A stretch of DNA of 63,093 bases, filler included, from Octopus bimaculoides (Eukaryota), in the NCBI RefSeq assembly GCF_001194135.2. It is 7 parts of 7 records of this genome, joined end to end, with 100 filler letters (N's around TTAATTAATTAA, not from the genome) between each part and the next. Parts side by side here need not be neighbours in the genome. Positions count along the whole stretch, not along the records: positions 1 to 20,864 come from NC_068983.1; positions 20,965 to 27,268 come from NC_068991.1; 5 more parts are not named here. One strand, written 5' to 3'. Positions within the stretch are counted from its first letter, which is position 1, and every line of letters starts with the position of its first letter. The notes under the pieces were generated by a model. That model was not told the origin of the DNA and did not search any database. It saw nothing but the letters and a program-made list of their open reading frames with translations. Of this stretch, positions 11,194 to 22,431 are shown piece after piece. The translations under genes and the position numbers were made by a program.

Positions 11194-12955
11194 ACCATAA
11201 AAGACCCAAAATATCTCAGAGAGTTCATCTATCTGTGGCTCTGAGAAAAAAATGCTACTGTATTTGCAAAGACACAACATCTTTCAGGAATTTTCTTTGC
11301 TTCAAAAATGTGAAGCACATGGCGAAGAATCAGTACTTGATGTCTTTTCTGAGGAACCACCCACACTTCGAAGAATTTATTTGGAAAATAAAAGTAACAT
11401 ATTAAGAGACATTGAAAGGAATGAGTCAGTACAACCCACAGATATTTCAGAAGTGATCAGTGAAGCACTGTCATGTGATCTACACAAGTCATGTGGTTTC
11501 CTGTCTGAAAACAGGAGTCATCCTTTTGATCAGAATCAGCAACAACATAGCAAAAGAGATAAAGATGTCCGACTCTTACTCAGAATCTCAATAAGTAAAA
11601 GAGTGGGATATTGTCATTATTTCAAGAATTTTATAATTTATACTAGTCACAGTCATGGGTATGTGGTTAAAAAGCTTACTTTGCAACACGGTTTTGGGTT
11701 CAGTTCCATTGCATGACACCTTGAGCAAATGTTTCGGGTCTATTTTAAAACGGGGGCCACAGTTTTCATTAATGTTTTACGTAGTGTTTTTGGTACCGAA
11801 AGACTTTCAAACTTCGTATACTTATCTATTTTGTGTTATAGAACAGAAAAATATTTTTGTATTCGAATTTATTTCATGTAAAAAATTGTCTTATTTCGAT
11901 AATTTCAACCAATCACTGACAAGTATTCAGTTGTTTACATTTACTCCTTTGGCTGATTAAGCGATGTAAAGCGTATTTAATCTCCATACCTTCGTTTTAT
12001 TTGCTTTTTTCATTTTAAATTTGCTTTAACCCTAACCCTAACCCTAGGGTTAGGGTTAATTGTTTCAGAATCGTTTGTTTATGTAGTCGGCACTTAATGT
12101 ATATCGACTGAATGGACGTCAGTGATTGGTTGAAATTACAGAAATACGACAACTTTCACATGGAATAACTTATGGATTTCTTTTTTTTTTTAAAGAAGAC
12201 TAAGAGAAAAAGATGTTTTATATGACACATTCTACCAGTGTTCCAAGTTTCAAAGTGTTTCGTTAATGAAAAATGTGGCCCCCGTTTTAAAAAAGATCCC
12301 ACACACACATATATATGTATGTATGTGATATGGGTGTGTATGTGTTCGTCTCCTCCCACCCATTGCTTGATAACTGATGTTGGTTTATGTCCCTGTGGCT
12401 TAGTTGTTCAACATAAGAAACTGATAGAATAAATAGTAAACTTAAAAATAAGTACCGGGGTTGGTTTGATTCACTTAACCCTTCAAAAGGTGCCCCAGCA
12501 TGGCTGTAGTCCAATGACAGCAATGAGTAAAATATAATCATGATAACAGTGAGCAACATATGAAAATGTGGCTCCCTAAAAGCCTTTTGAAAGGTACAGT
12601 TTATTGCTTTAATTCTAACATGATGTGCAAATGATGTGACAAGTTTTCTAGTGAGGATGGCTTTAATGACTGGCAAAAAAGCAAGAGGTGAAAATGAGAA
12701 GTCAAGAACAAAGCTAAAGCCATAAAGGATTGGGCTATAATGGATTCAATCTTCTATATAAGAAAATATTATCATATTGGGAGTTGATTGTGATCGTGAC
12801 AGTCTTTCTAGCTTAGAGAGAGAGATAGAGAGAGAGACTTAGCATTCAGAAGTAGTGAAGAGATCATAAGATCCAAGGATAAAAGGAAGCTTTTTTGGAA
12901 TTCTGGAATATATGACACAGTTTGATCCATTTCTGATGAGTCATCTTAATCCTTT
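11194..12955 (+). mobile_element. Decayed hAT (ZMYM/TTF-zinc-finger type) transposase, interrupted by a SINE and a MITE
   Basis: Frameshifted motifs: RVHLS/GSEKK (about 11220-11250), KGTVYCF..CK..GFNDWQK (12590-12670), VFLA..LAFRSSE..G.FFGILEYMTQFDPFLMSHL (12800-12950). Possible further remnant at about 13600-13900. Confidence 0.65.
11736..12299 (-). mobile_element. Same MITE family, copy 2, inverted relative to copy 1 and lying within a SINE
   Basis: Same TIRs and near-identical body by eye. No TSD; the host SINE sequence on the right resumes further along, implying a flanking deletion. Confidence 0.9.
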
Positions 12956-13167
12956 GAATGTCCAAATCATTTTCATAAGTTTTTTTTAAATGTCTATGCT
13001 TGTTTTCAGAGTTTTACTTAGCCTTTGTTTCATACCTGCTGAGTAATATAGATATTTCCTTTCATAAGTTTCAAATAACTCAGGCAGTTGAAAAAAGATT
13101 GGGAATGTGTATCATATATGATACATGGATACTAGTGAAGTATGCTCTGTGTATCATGTATGATACG

Positions 13168-13530
13168 TGGAGGCGCAATGGCCCAGTGGACTCGTGGTCA
13201 TAGGTTTCGATTCCCAGACCGGGCGTTGTGAGTGTTTATTGAGCAAAAACACCTAAAAGCTCCACAAGGCTCTGGCAGGGGATGGTGGCGAACCCTGCTG
13301 TACTCTTTCACGAAAACTTTCTCTCACTCTTACTTCCTGTTTCTGTTGTGCCTGTAATTCAAAGGGTAGCCTTGTCACACTGTGTCATGCTGAATATCCC
13401 CGAGAACTACGTTAAGGGTACACGTGTCTGTGGAGTGCTCAGCCACTTGCACGTTAATTTCACAAGCAGGCTGTTCCATTGACCGGATCAACTGGAACCC
13501 TCGACGTTGTAAGCGATGGAGTGCCAACAT
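13168..13530 (+). mobile_element. tRNA-derived SINE family C. Another copy at 6340-6620(-); partial at about 52610-52750(-)
   Basis: GGAGGC(G/A)CAATGGCCCAGTGG..GGTTTCGATTCCCAGACC..TTTATTGAGC.AAAACACCTAA, with A/B-box-like motifs. Confidence 0.85.
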
Positions 13531-14254
13531 GTGCGATACACAGGACAAACAAAAGGGTAAAAAAACTTAAGTAATGTTAGATGTGCTAAGTAATTATATT
13601 TATTACCAACAGTTTAGTAACTCATGAAAGACAAATATTCTGTACTTCCTGGGTATAGAGAGTAATGTTCTAAAGATATTTGATGACTCAAATACAGCTT
13701 TGTACTTCATGAGATTTCAAATCACACCCTTAAAGGACATGTTGGATAATGTAATTCCAGATACAAAATTTCTGAAAAAAAGGGTGGTTTGGTCAGAGCT
13801 AGAATATTTTAAATTGCAGGCCTACTGGAACAGGGTCAACTTGAACCTAAACAACAAGTTTCTCATATAATGCAAAGAGTAGACTAAAAAGATGTGTGAT
13901 ACTATGTAGTAGTAGGATATGAGCACTGATTGAGGAAGACCTGCAGAATTTAGAGAGAAATATAGAAAACATGGGAAATGTTAACCTGCATGGAAAGCAG
14001 AACAAAACTGAGTTGAATTTCAGGTAGCCTCTCACACCTACCCTACAATGTCATTCTAAAAGTATACAACCACATCACTGAAATCTTGAAGCTACAAGAT
14101 AAGACACGGTTAATTCAAAACAATGTGAATAAATAATCATTACATTTGACAGATTAATCTGAATGCCAATGGGTTATTCTATCAGCAATTTTAACATCAC
14201 CATCTGAGCTAGGAGCCTAATTTAAGGATACTTTTTACTCCCTCAAGTAGAAAC

Positions 14255-14470
14255 GTGTGGCTTAGTGGTTAGGGTGTTGGACTCATGGTTGTAAGATTGT
14301 GGTTTTGATTCCTGGACTGGGTGACATGTGTTCTTGAGCAAAACACTTCATTTCATGTTGCTCCAGTCAACTCAGCTGGCAAAAATGAGTAATCCTGCAA
14401 TGGACTGGGGTTCCATCCAGGTAGGGAATATATATGCCATAAAACTGGGAAATCAGCTCTTATAAATTGG
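14255..14470 (+). mobile_element. tRNA-derived SINE family D. Related copies at about 27035-27210(+) and 59025-59110(-)
   Basis: GTGGCTTAGTGGTTAGGGTGTT..TTCTTGAGCAA.ACACTT.ATTTCA..CCAGTC..AGCTGGCA.AAATG. Confidence 0.7.
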
Positions 14471-16330
14471 TATGAATCATGAAGGTAACTTTATTTACTT
14501 TTACTCTCTTTCTCACCAATCTTTGAGGGACTGTAAAGGGTCATGAACACTGCCCTACTCTTCTAAGAAATAAAAAAAAAAAAGATCTTCGAATGTCAGG
14601 TCTCACAGAGGCAATGACAAGTGACTGAGACCTATGGCGATATGCCGTGCTTGAGAAGACCCATCAGGCCAAGTGAAATAGTAGTTGTGGCCGATGCTGG
14701 TGTCACATGGGGATAAACACAGAAACACAAACATACACATGCACATACATATACATATATACGACGGGCTTCTTTCAGTTTCCGTCTACCAAATCCACTC
14801 ACAAGGCTTTGGTCGGCCCGAGGCTATAATAGAAGACACTTGCCCAAGGTGCCACGCAGTGGGACTGAACTCGGAACCATGTGATTCGTAAGCAAGCTGC
14901 TTACCACACAGCCACTCCTATGTGTATGATTGATAAGGATTTCTATGTCCCTCAAACTCTCATACTTCATGGACAAGGGAAAAGAGCACAGAAGTGGGAG
15001 ACAAAAATGCAAAAAAAAATTTAATTTTTTCATAATCATCATATCCGTTGTATGAAACACAATCGTCAAAAATGGGGGTAAAAATCTAAACTTTCTGCTT
15101 TCAGTACATCGAAGGAGGCATACTATAAAAGTCTACCTCACGACTTTGTTACCTCATAACTTTCAGAAAAATGGGGATCTTTTTTTTTTCGATGAAAGTT
15201 TTTACAAATATCTTTCACATGGTATAAATTCCGATTATGTTGGAATTTTACGTGATGTATATAAGTATGTATATGTGCACATCCACCAATATTTTTTTAA
15301 AAACAAATTCCGATATAATCGTAATCTATACAATCTTCTGAAAGGCATTTGAAAAAATTTGGCATTTCTTCTATATTAGTATCTGAAACTCTTTCCACCT
15401 CCGAAAAAAGATTTTTCATAATTAATTCCCGTATAATCAGAATCTATATCATATGAAATGTACTTGTAGAAAATTTCCTAAAAAAAAATAATCCATTTTC
15501 TAGAGGTTACGAAGACACAAAATTGGAGTGGCACATAGTTGTCTTAGTGAGTGAGCCTAGAAGGATAGCTGAAAACTCCACCGAATTTTTTGAGGGAAAA
15601 ATACAATCGATTAACCATTTCTTATTGTGTCGATTCCTAGAGGGTTCTGAATTCAGATCATAACCAAATATTGCCATGACATTTTTAGTACCACCAAGAA
15701 TATTTATGATTTCTATGAGCCACAAGGTCTCAAGACAATGTGGGACAGACAGTACACGGCCGAAATAAAGAGACGGTGGGGATATATATTGAGCAAAAGG
15801 GCGAAATGAGCAATAATAAAGATATATTATTATTAATAATAAGGAATATATAAGAAAGGAACACCAAAATATGAACAATGACATAAAGGAAAGCCATAAT
15901 TTCTATCACTAATGATTATTATGTTTGTGAATACTATTTCTATTGATAATTTCTATAAATACAGTTTGCTGACCTCAAAATGATAATATTTTAGTGTGAG
16001 TAATCTCAAAATATTAATTATGATAGATAATTAGCAAGCTAACTCGATACATAAATATAAGGACTAGAAAATGAGAACAAGGGTTACAGATATACACCCA
16101 CCCATAAATGATATTCAGTTAAAAGCAGAATACAAGATTTTCTTTCCCTTAACTCCGTTTTTTAGAGTCAAGTCATTGAGAAGAAATAAATACGCCATTT
16201 GAATCGTGTAGAGTCTTTCATTCCGGTTTAATTAAAGGTCAATATATATATGTGTGTGTGTAAAATACCTATCTAAACAAATAAAAAAAAACTAGATAAT
16301 TAGATACAGTAATAATCATGATATATATAT

Positions 16331-16367
<37 letters not shown>

Positions 16368-16461
16368 AGCAGACAAGCATAAAAAAAGAGGCAGACTGAT
16401 AGTAAATAGAGTTCAAAAGTCAAACCAAATTGAAACGAGTTAAAATACTGAAATAAATTAC

Positions 16462-16525
16462 CTTTCTCTAAATCTTCAATGTTTGATATAACACTGACAA
16501 TTTCTTGTCCACGTAAGCTCGCCAT
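16462..16525 (-). CDS. ATP6V1H: V-type proton ATPase subunit H, probable first coding exon (MASLRGQEIVSVISNIEDLEK-G)
   Basis: ATG at 16525 and donor AAAG|GTAATT. The 64 nt end in phase 1, matching the phase-1 start of the 6265 exon (G+GT=Gly). The peptide itself is not a conserved motif, so linkage rests on phase and position. Confidence 0.7.
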
Positions 16526-16730
16526 GTTTACTTAATTTCACGCAATTCTTCAATTTATAATGAGTTGTGGTAGGTTGTTTTGCTTTTTAGAACTAATTAA
16601 ACGATGTGTCTGAGTGTTTACGTCTGTATCAATATATAAACAGACATGTACAACATCAACGAACCAACGAAAATATCATAACTCTAATGTAAATAACACT
16701 ATTGACCATATAACCATACAGACTCAATGA

Positions 16731-16757
16731 TCATGTGAACTATTGTGAACCGGAAGT
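16731..16757. promoter_or_regulatory. Candidate ATP6V1H proximal promoter motifs: TCATGTGA (M-box/CLEAR-like E-box) and CCGGAAGT (ETS)
   Basis: TCATGTGA at 16731-16738 and CCGGAAGT at 16750-16757, about 205-230 bp upstream of the ATG. Motif match only. Confidence 0.45.
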
Positions 16758-19451
16758 AATAACTCGTTTTACCTTTAACCTCTCCGCATACCTAAAACGT
16801 AATATATTATTTTTCTCAAAATACTTTACTGTTGATATTAACGCAAGCAAAAAATTTTGAAGTTAATTCTAAATTAATACCTTTAATCTTTAAATGAGTT
16901 TTACATAAATCGATTAATTCTATTGTAAAAATACTCCACTCCTCATTCTTTTCACAAATACTAATTTACATTTTCCTTCATACTTGCACAAGGCAATTAG
17001 AAATTGAAAATATGTACTTATTGCTTATCATTAAAGACAAATAATCAAAAAAATTCAATCTATCTATTATTATTTTTCGAAATTTTAATTTGTAGAGACG
17101 GCGAATGCGAGTCAAGAAGACGGTATTAGTTACGTCCCTTAAGTCCTGCGCTTTGGATCAAAATTATGTAAAAAAAGGACTTTGCTAATTTATAATGCCT
17201 ACAGTATTGTAAAATAAATAAGCAGTAAACTATTAAGGCCAACACAAAAAACTATTCTTCTTCACCTTCAATTTTATGGCCTTGAAAATATTGTTTACAA
17301 AAAAGATTAGTAGGAACACTGAAACGACAAATTTACCTCCCTTGTCTAGACAGGGATTGCCTCCCCTAGAAATATATTTGCGTCAGTAGCAGAATGGCTT
17401 TATAGATTTTTGTTCCACCAATTACATAAATTCACAACCTTCAAAGTGAATAGAGTGTCGAACCGCAAATTTGTCGAAGGGAAAATAGTTAGTATGTCAT
17501 TACAATTGTTGAGTTGTGATAACCAGCTGTTTTAATTCCGTTTGTTTTACGAAGACGTATAACTTGGAAAATCATCGAAAAATACAGCCGAAATGTAGTG
17601 TAACGGGTTTGAAGGTTCTTACATCGGAGTACCTGTAGACATCGAAGAATCAACACCAAGAAAGAAGAAATATTATTTACATATTTTTATTCGTTTGCCC
17701 GACAGGTAGTTAAAGAGATAGTAGCAATTCTAGTGATAGTAACAACAAGGATGGCTCGCTGGTTAGTAGTTAATAGTGTAGAAAAAGGTTGTCTGTTAGT
17801 AGAGAGTGAAAGAGTAAGGAATGCATGGTGCTGACTAGAAAGGATAAAGGAAGCATCGCCTTTCTTGCGGCTGAAATCCTCTCTTCGCATGTCGAGCGAA
17901 GGGGCTGCTCTTGATTAAGGCTGATGCAAAAGCGGGTGTTGCTCCTTGATCTGGCTGACACAAAAGAGGAAAAGATAGGAAATTCTCTCTGTTATATAGA
18001 CTATGGTTAGTAATGTAGGTCAAACCTTAAACAAAAGACTGACGTTTCCTTGACCAGCACAGGTCCTAGGGGGTCAAGCATTTCCTCATCAATCATCTGG
18101 TGTAGAGAGGATTTACCGCTCGCTTTGACAAGCAACAAGCAAGTGGATTTGGTTTCAAATCTCAGGCAGGGTCAAGCTAAATCCTTACAGTAGATCAGTA
18201 GACAGAGGGTTCCCAACTCATGGTTTATGCACAGCATGAGGGTGTGAGAGGACCTTCCCAGGGGTGCGACGAAGAAATAATGTATAAACTTTATCATACT
18301 TGCTTTTCAGATTAAAATTATTGACTTACTCGGAAGAATGACTCTCCAACAAGCACATTAAAAACTTTATTATTCCCGCACTATATGCAGTTCAATTAAA
18401 AAATACTTGCCAGAAAATTGCCTTTTATACTTATATGTGATATTACTTTTGTAGGGGGTACGGAAATTAAACAAAAGATTAGAAAAGATTTGAAACTACC
18501 ACCTTAGACGAATGGTATACAGTTAGAGTGACTTACATCTAAATCATTTGACGAGCAGAAACTGCTAGAAAAGCAACAGGTTAAGTTCACTGCGCAATAT
18601 ATTACAACGCGGAATGTTGACCACTTCCTGACTTGAAAAGTGAAAAGAGGAAAAGAAACCGAGAAGTCAAGGAGAGATGTTCGAAAGACTTAGCAGCTGG
18701 TTACAGGAAGAGTGACCTAAATATTTTGCTAAGTTGTGTATGGAACAAGGAAATGGGGTGGGGGGTTCACATTTAGAGCTCCCGTAAAAACATTACTGGC
18801 CCCCGAGCAAATCGGTGCACTGGGTCCTATACTATTTATTTATCGATTTATCGACAGCAAGTCGTAGAAACATAGATTGGAAATGAGACTCCTTCACTTC
18901 GGGTGGCTCCCCAGTGGGCCCATGCTTTAAGACGGCACTGTTCCTATACTCAGCTCTGTGTCTGCGTTACACCCATCAGAAGCAATGAATAATTAACGAG
19001 TAATTTTGTTCTTCAGCTTAATGTGAAGGTTGAGTTAGAACACAGAGTACTGCGTTATTTACGTTGAGAGGATCTCTCACAGGGACTTGTGGTGCATGAA
19101 AGCACTCGTAATTATATCGTTGACATACAAGAACCATCTGTTACGGTCGCCGAAACTGCCACATCACGTGACGTCGCCCTGCTATGGGCTCTTTAGTGAC
19201 ATATCCAGCAGTGACATAACAGTTAAATCACCTGTTAACGATATATAGAATATACTCCACGTTAAGTTGGAGATCTATCAACCTACCTACCTATCAACCT
19301 ACCTACCTATCAACCTACCTACCTACCTACCTACACATCCATCAATCCATCTATCTATCTATCTATTTATCTATTCACCCACCCATCCAATCATTATCCA
19401 TCTTTTCATTCATCCGCCCGTGCGCGCGCACACACACACACACACGCACAT

Positions 19452-19533
<82 letters not shown>

Positions 19534-20258
19534 AAACACATATATTTGCGCGCATGTGTGAGAGAGAGAGAAAGAGAGAGAAAAGGAGTGACACTGTGTG
19601 TGTGTGGGTGTCTCTGTCAGTGCGCGCGCGCGCATGTCTGACTTTATGAGTGTATGTAAACTGAATTCTTTTCAATCCAAAGTATTTATGGATGGCTTTC
19701 TAGTCATAAATATTCGGCATAGTTTATCTGTTTTTCAGTTTTTTTTTACCAATTTTTTTGCACCCTTTTGTTTCACCTTCACTTTTATTACATACTTTTA
19801 TATGTTATTTGTGTATTACGTGTATATACGATTATAGTTTTTCTTTTATGTAAATGTATGTTACCGGTTGTATTCATTGCATGTCAATGATGCTTAGAAA
19901 GTTTCGTGCTTAAATGAACACAACAAGCTTAAATAAACACACTCAATTAAATAAAGAATGACAAAAATCCCAGTAGAAACTTTCACCCCCACTATAGCAA
20001 GGAAGACAGAAAAAAAAATCAAAAAACAAAACAAAAAATTCGAGTCGCCTAATGAAAATTTTTGATGGCTATGGTGGTAATTGCATTAACACCATTTACT
20101 ACGAGGGTAAAAAGAGAATCATTCATTTTGTACTAACCAAACGTAAGTTACCTCCCTTGGGAATTTCTGTACACTGGAGATATGGAAGTGGGATTCTGTT
20201 AGTGACTGCTGCACATTTGCTACAGATGTTAGAGCAAGCGCAAAGATATATATATGTG

Positions 20259-20293
<35 letters not shown>

Positions 20294-20366
20294 NNNNNNN
20301 NNNNNNNNNNNNNNNNNNNNNNNNNNNNNNNNNNNNNNNNNNNNNNNNNNNNNNNNNNNNNNNNNN

Positions 20367-20422
<56 letters not shown>

Positions 20423-20433
20423 GTAATAATAAT

Positions 20434-20844
20434 ATGGCTAAGAAGGAATATATTCACAGACACGACAGAGCTGGGACCTATATACACTGGAAGCTATGCC
20501 AATACTATGGAATAACAACAGAAAAAAGATGGTATTAGGGTTAGGGTTAGGGTTAGGGTTAGGGTTAGGGTTTTACAGAAAACGAGAAAGCAACCATACT
20601 CTGGGATATGCCAATACACACAGATTGAGAAATTAAGGCAAATAGACCAGATATAGTTGTCAAAGATCATGAAGAAAAAAAATGCTTTCTAATTGATGTA
20701 TCAATACCAGCAGATGACAACGTTTCTCTAAAAGAAATGGAAAAACTTTCAAAATACAAAGACCTGGAAATAGAGATAACTCGAATGTGGAATCTAAAAA
20801 CAGAAACAATTCCTATCATAGTAGGTGCCTTAGGTATAATAAAA
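20434..20844 (+). mobile_element. 5'-truncated R4/Dong-type (RLE) non-LTR retrotransposon fragment
   Basis: RHDRAGTYIHWKLC..TENEKATILWD..RPDIVVKD..CFLIDVSIP..EKLSKYKDL..PIIVGALG, a PD-(D/E)xK restriction-like endonuclease. Begins directly after (TAA)n. Confidence 0.85.
20535..20570 (+). repeat. Interstitial telomeric repeat (TTAGGG)6
   Basis: Six perfect copies embedded in the LINE coding fragment. Confidence 0.95.
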
Positions 20845-21448
20845 AAATATTCTGACAAATACATNNNNNNNNNNNNNNNNNNNNNNNNNNNNNNNNNNNN
20901 NNNNNNNNTTAATTAATTAANNNNNNNNNNNNNNNNNNNNNNNNNNNNNNNNNNNNNNNNNNNNCTGACATCCACATTCAGACATACGGGTAGAGACACA
21001 TAGACAGACACGCAAACACTGCTGGTTCTTCGTCGGTTCATGTTTTTGTTTAAAAAAAAATCTTACGGAAAGTAAGAAGAGAGAAATCTTATCCATTGTC
21101 GTGGCCAGTGTCACCAAAGATGCCAACAGGCAGGGCAGAAACGGCAGCAGCATCGCACAGTCGGTCCCTTTGCTTTGTTTACCTTAGTCATCCATCCATC
21201 CATCCATCCATCCATCCATCCATCCATACATACATGCAGATTCAATGATTGCACAGAAAGACGCCAACGGAACACACGGGAAATTCACACACAAGGCGTG
21301 GACATGTCCTCCCCCCGTCAATTATCGTCCAAAAATCATAACAACTCCGCGCGCATATATGTATGTTTGCGTGTGCGTGTATGTATGTGTGCATGAGTTA
21401 TAACTATAAATATATATTACGTGTATAACAACACGTGTATATATATAT

Positions 21449-21481
<33 letters not shown>

Positions 21482-21527
21482 ATATATATATATATATATA
21501 CTCCTACTCTCTTTTTACTATATATGC

Positions 21528-21574
<47 letters not shown>

Positions 21575-21665
21575 TATAACATACACATGCATATATGTAT
21601 ACGTGAATATCCACACTTGAACACCATACACAAGCACACATGCGCAAGCATATGTAATGTACCAG

Positions 21666-21741
<76 letters not shown>

Positions 21742-22337
21742 GTTCTGTCTGTTTGTCTGTCTATCTGTCTATTTCTTTTTCTGTCTGTCTGTCTTAGCAG
21801 AAGTGTTAGGACAGTCGTTTCAGTTCTTAGAGCTCTGGGTTCAAATCATCCCGTTTCCTCTTTTCAACCTTTGGAGATAGACCAAAATAAAGTACCAGTT
21901 CTGTACTGGGGGAGTTGGTCTTCTATTGCTTCCTCTTTTTCTCTCTCGTTGTCTTTTTCTTTGCCATTCTTGGAAGTGGAAGGTATTTGTTAGTTCCAAA
22001 CATGCCTCAGATGCACCTTACGTCACGATGGCGCTTCTAGCAATCCACCAAGGAGTTGAGGATCCAAGGCAAGGCAGCATGTGTGTGCGTGGGTGGGTGT
22101 GTGTGTGTATGTGTGTGTGTGCGTGCGTGCTCACGCGTACGTGTGTGTGCATACGTATGCGTGCGTACGTAATTTCAGAGGTACAGGGTTCGATTCGCCG
22201 TAGCACCGCTGGTCACTTCTTTCCGTCTATAGGGGTATTTTAACCGGATTTTCTAAAGCTGCTTTCACAGCAATTCTCCTGCGTTCGAGACATCCTTCAT
22301 TTCTAAAAATATTTATTGACATACCTAGATTCATGCA

Positions 22338-22369
<32 letters not shown>

Positions 22370-22395
22370 ATTTATCGCTCGGGAAGTGAGAAAGT

Positions 22396-22431
22396 CTTTT
22401 ACGTTTCGACCCTACGCTCTTCAACAGAAAG
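22396..22431 (-). ncRNA. Minimal hammerhead-like motif with variant core CUGUUGA
   Basis: CUUU-CUGUUGA-A-GAGC(GUAG)GGUC-GAAAC-GUA-AAAG. Stem I CUUU/AAAG is perfect. Confidence 0.5.

Noticed and set aside
11252-11716. 154-aa ORF as an exon of a nested host gene
   Set aside because: Flanked by frameshifted hAT transposase motifs, and its 3' end runs into a SINE; better explained as a TE relic.
13168-13240. tRNA-like A/B boxes as tRNA genes
   Set aside because: They continue into shared SINE bodies and do not form complete cloverleaves; no genuine tRNA gene identified in the window.
20909-20920. TTAATTAATTAA flanked by N runs, repeated at 27313, 38994, 42326, 52194 and 58685
   Set aside because: Identical 12-mer with stops in all frames between fixed-length N blocks; an assembly spacer, not biology.
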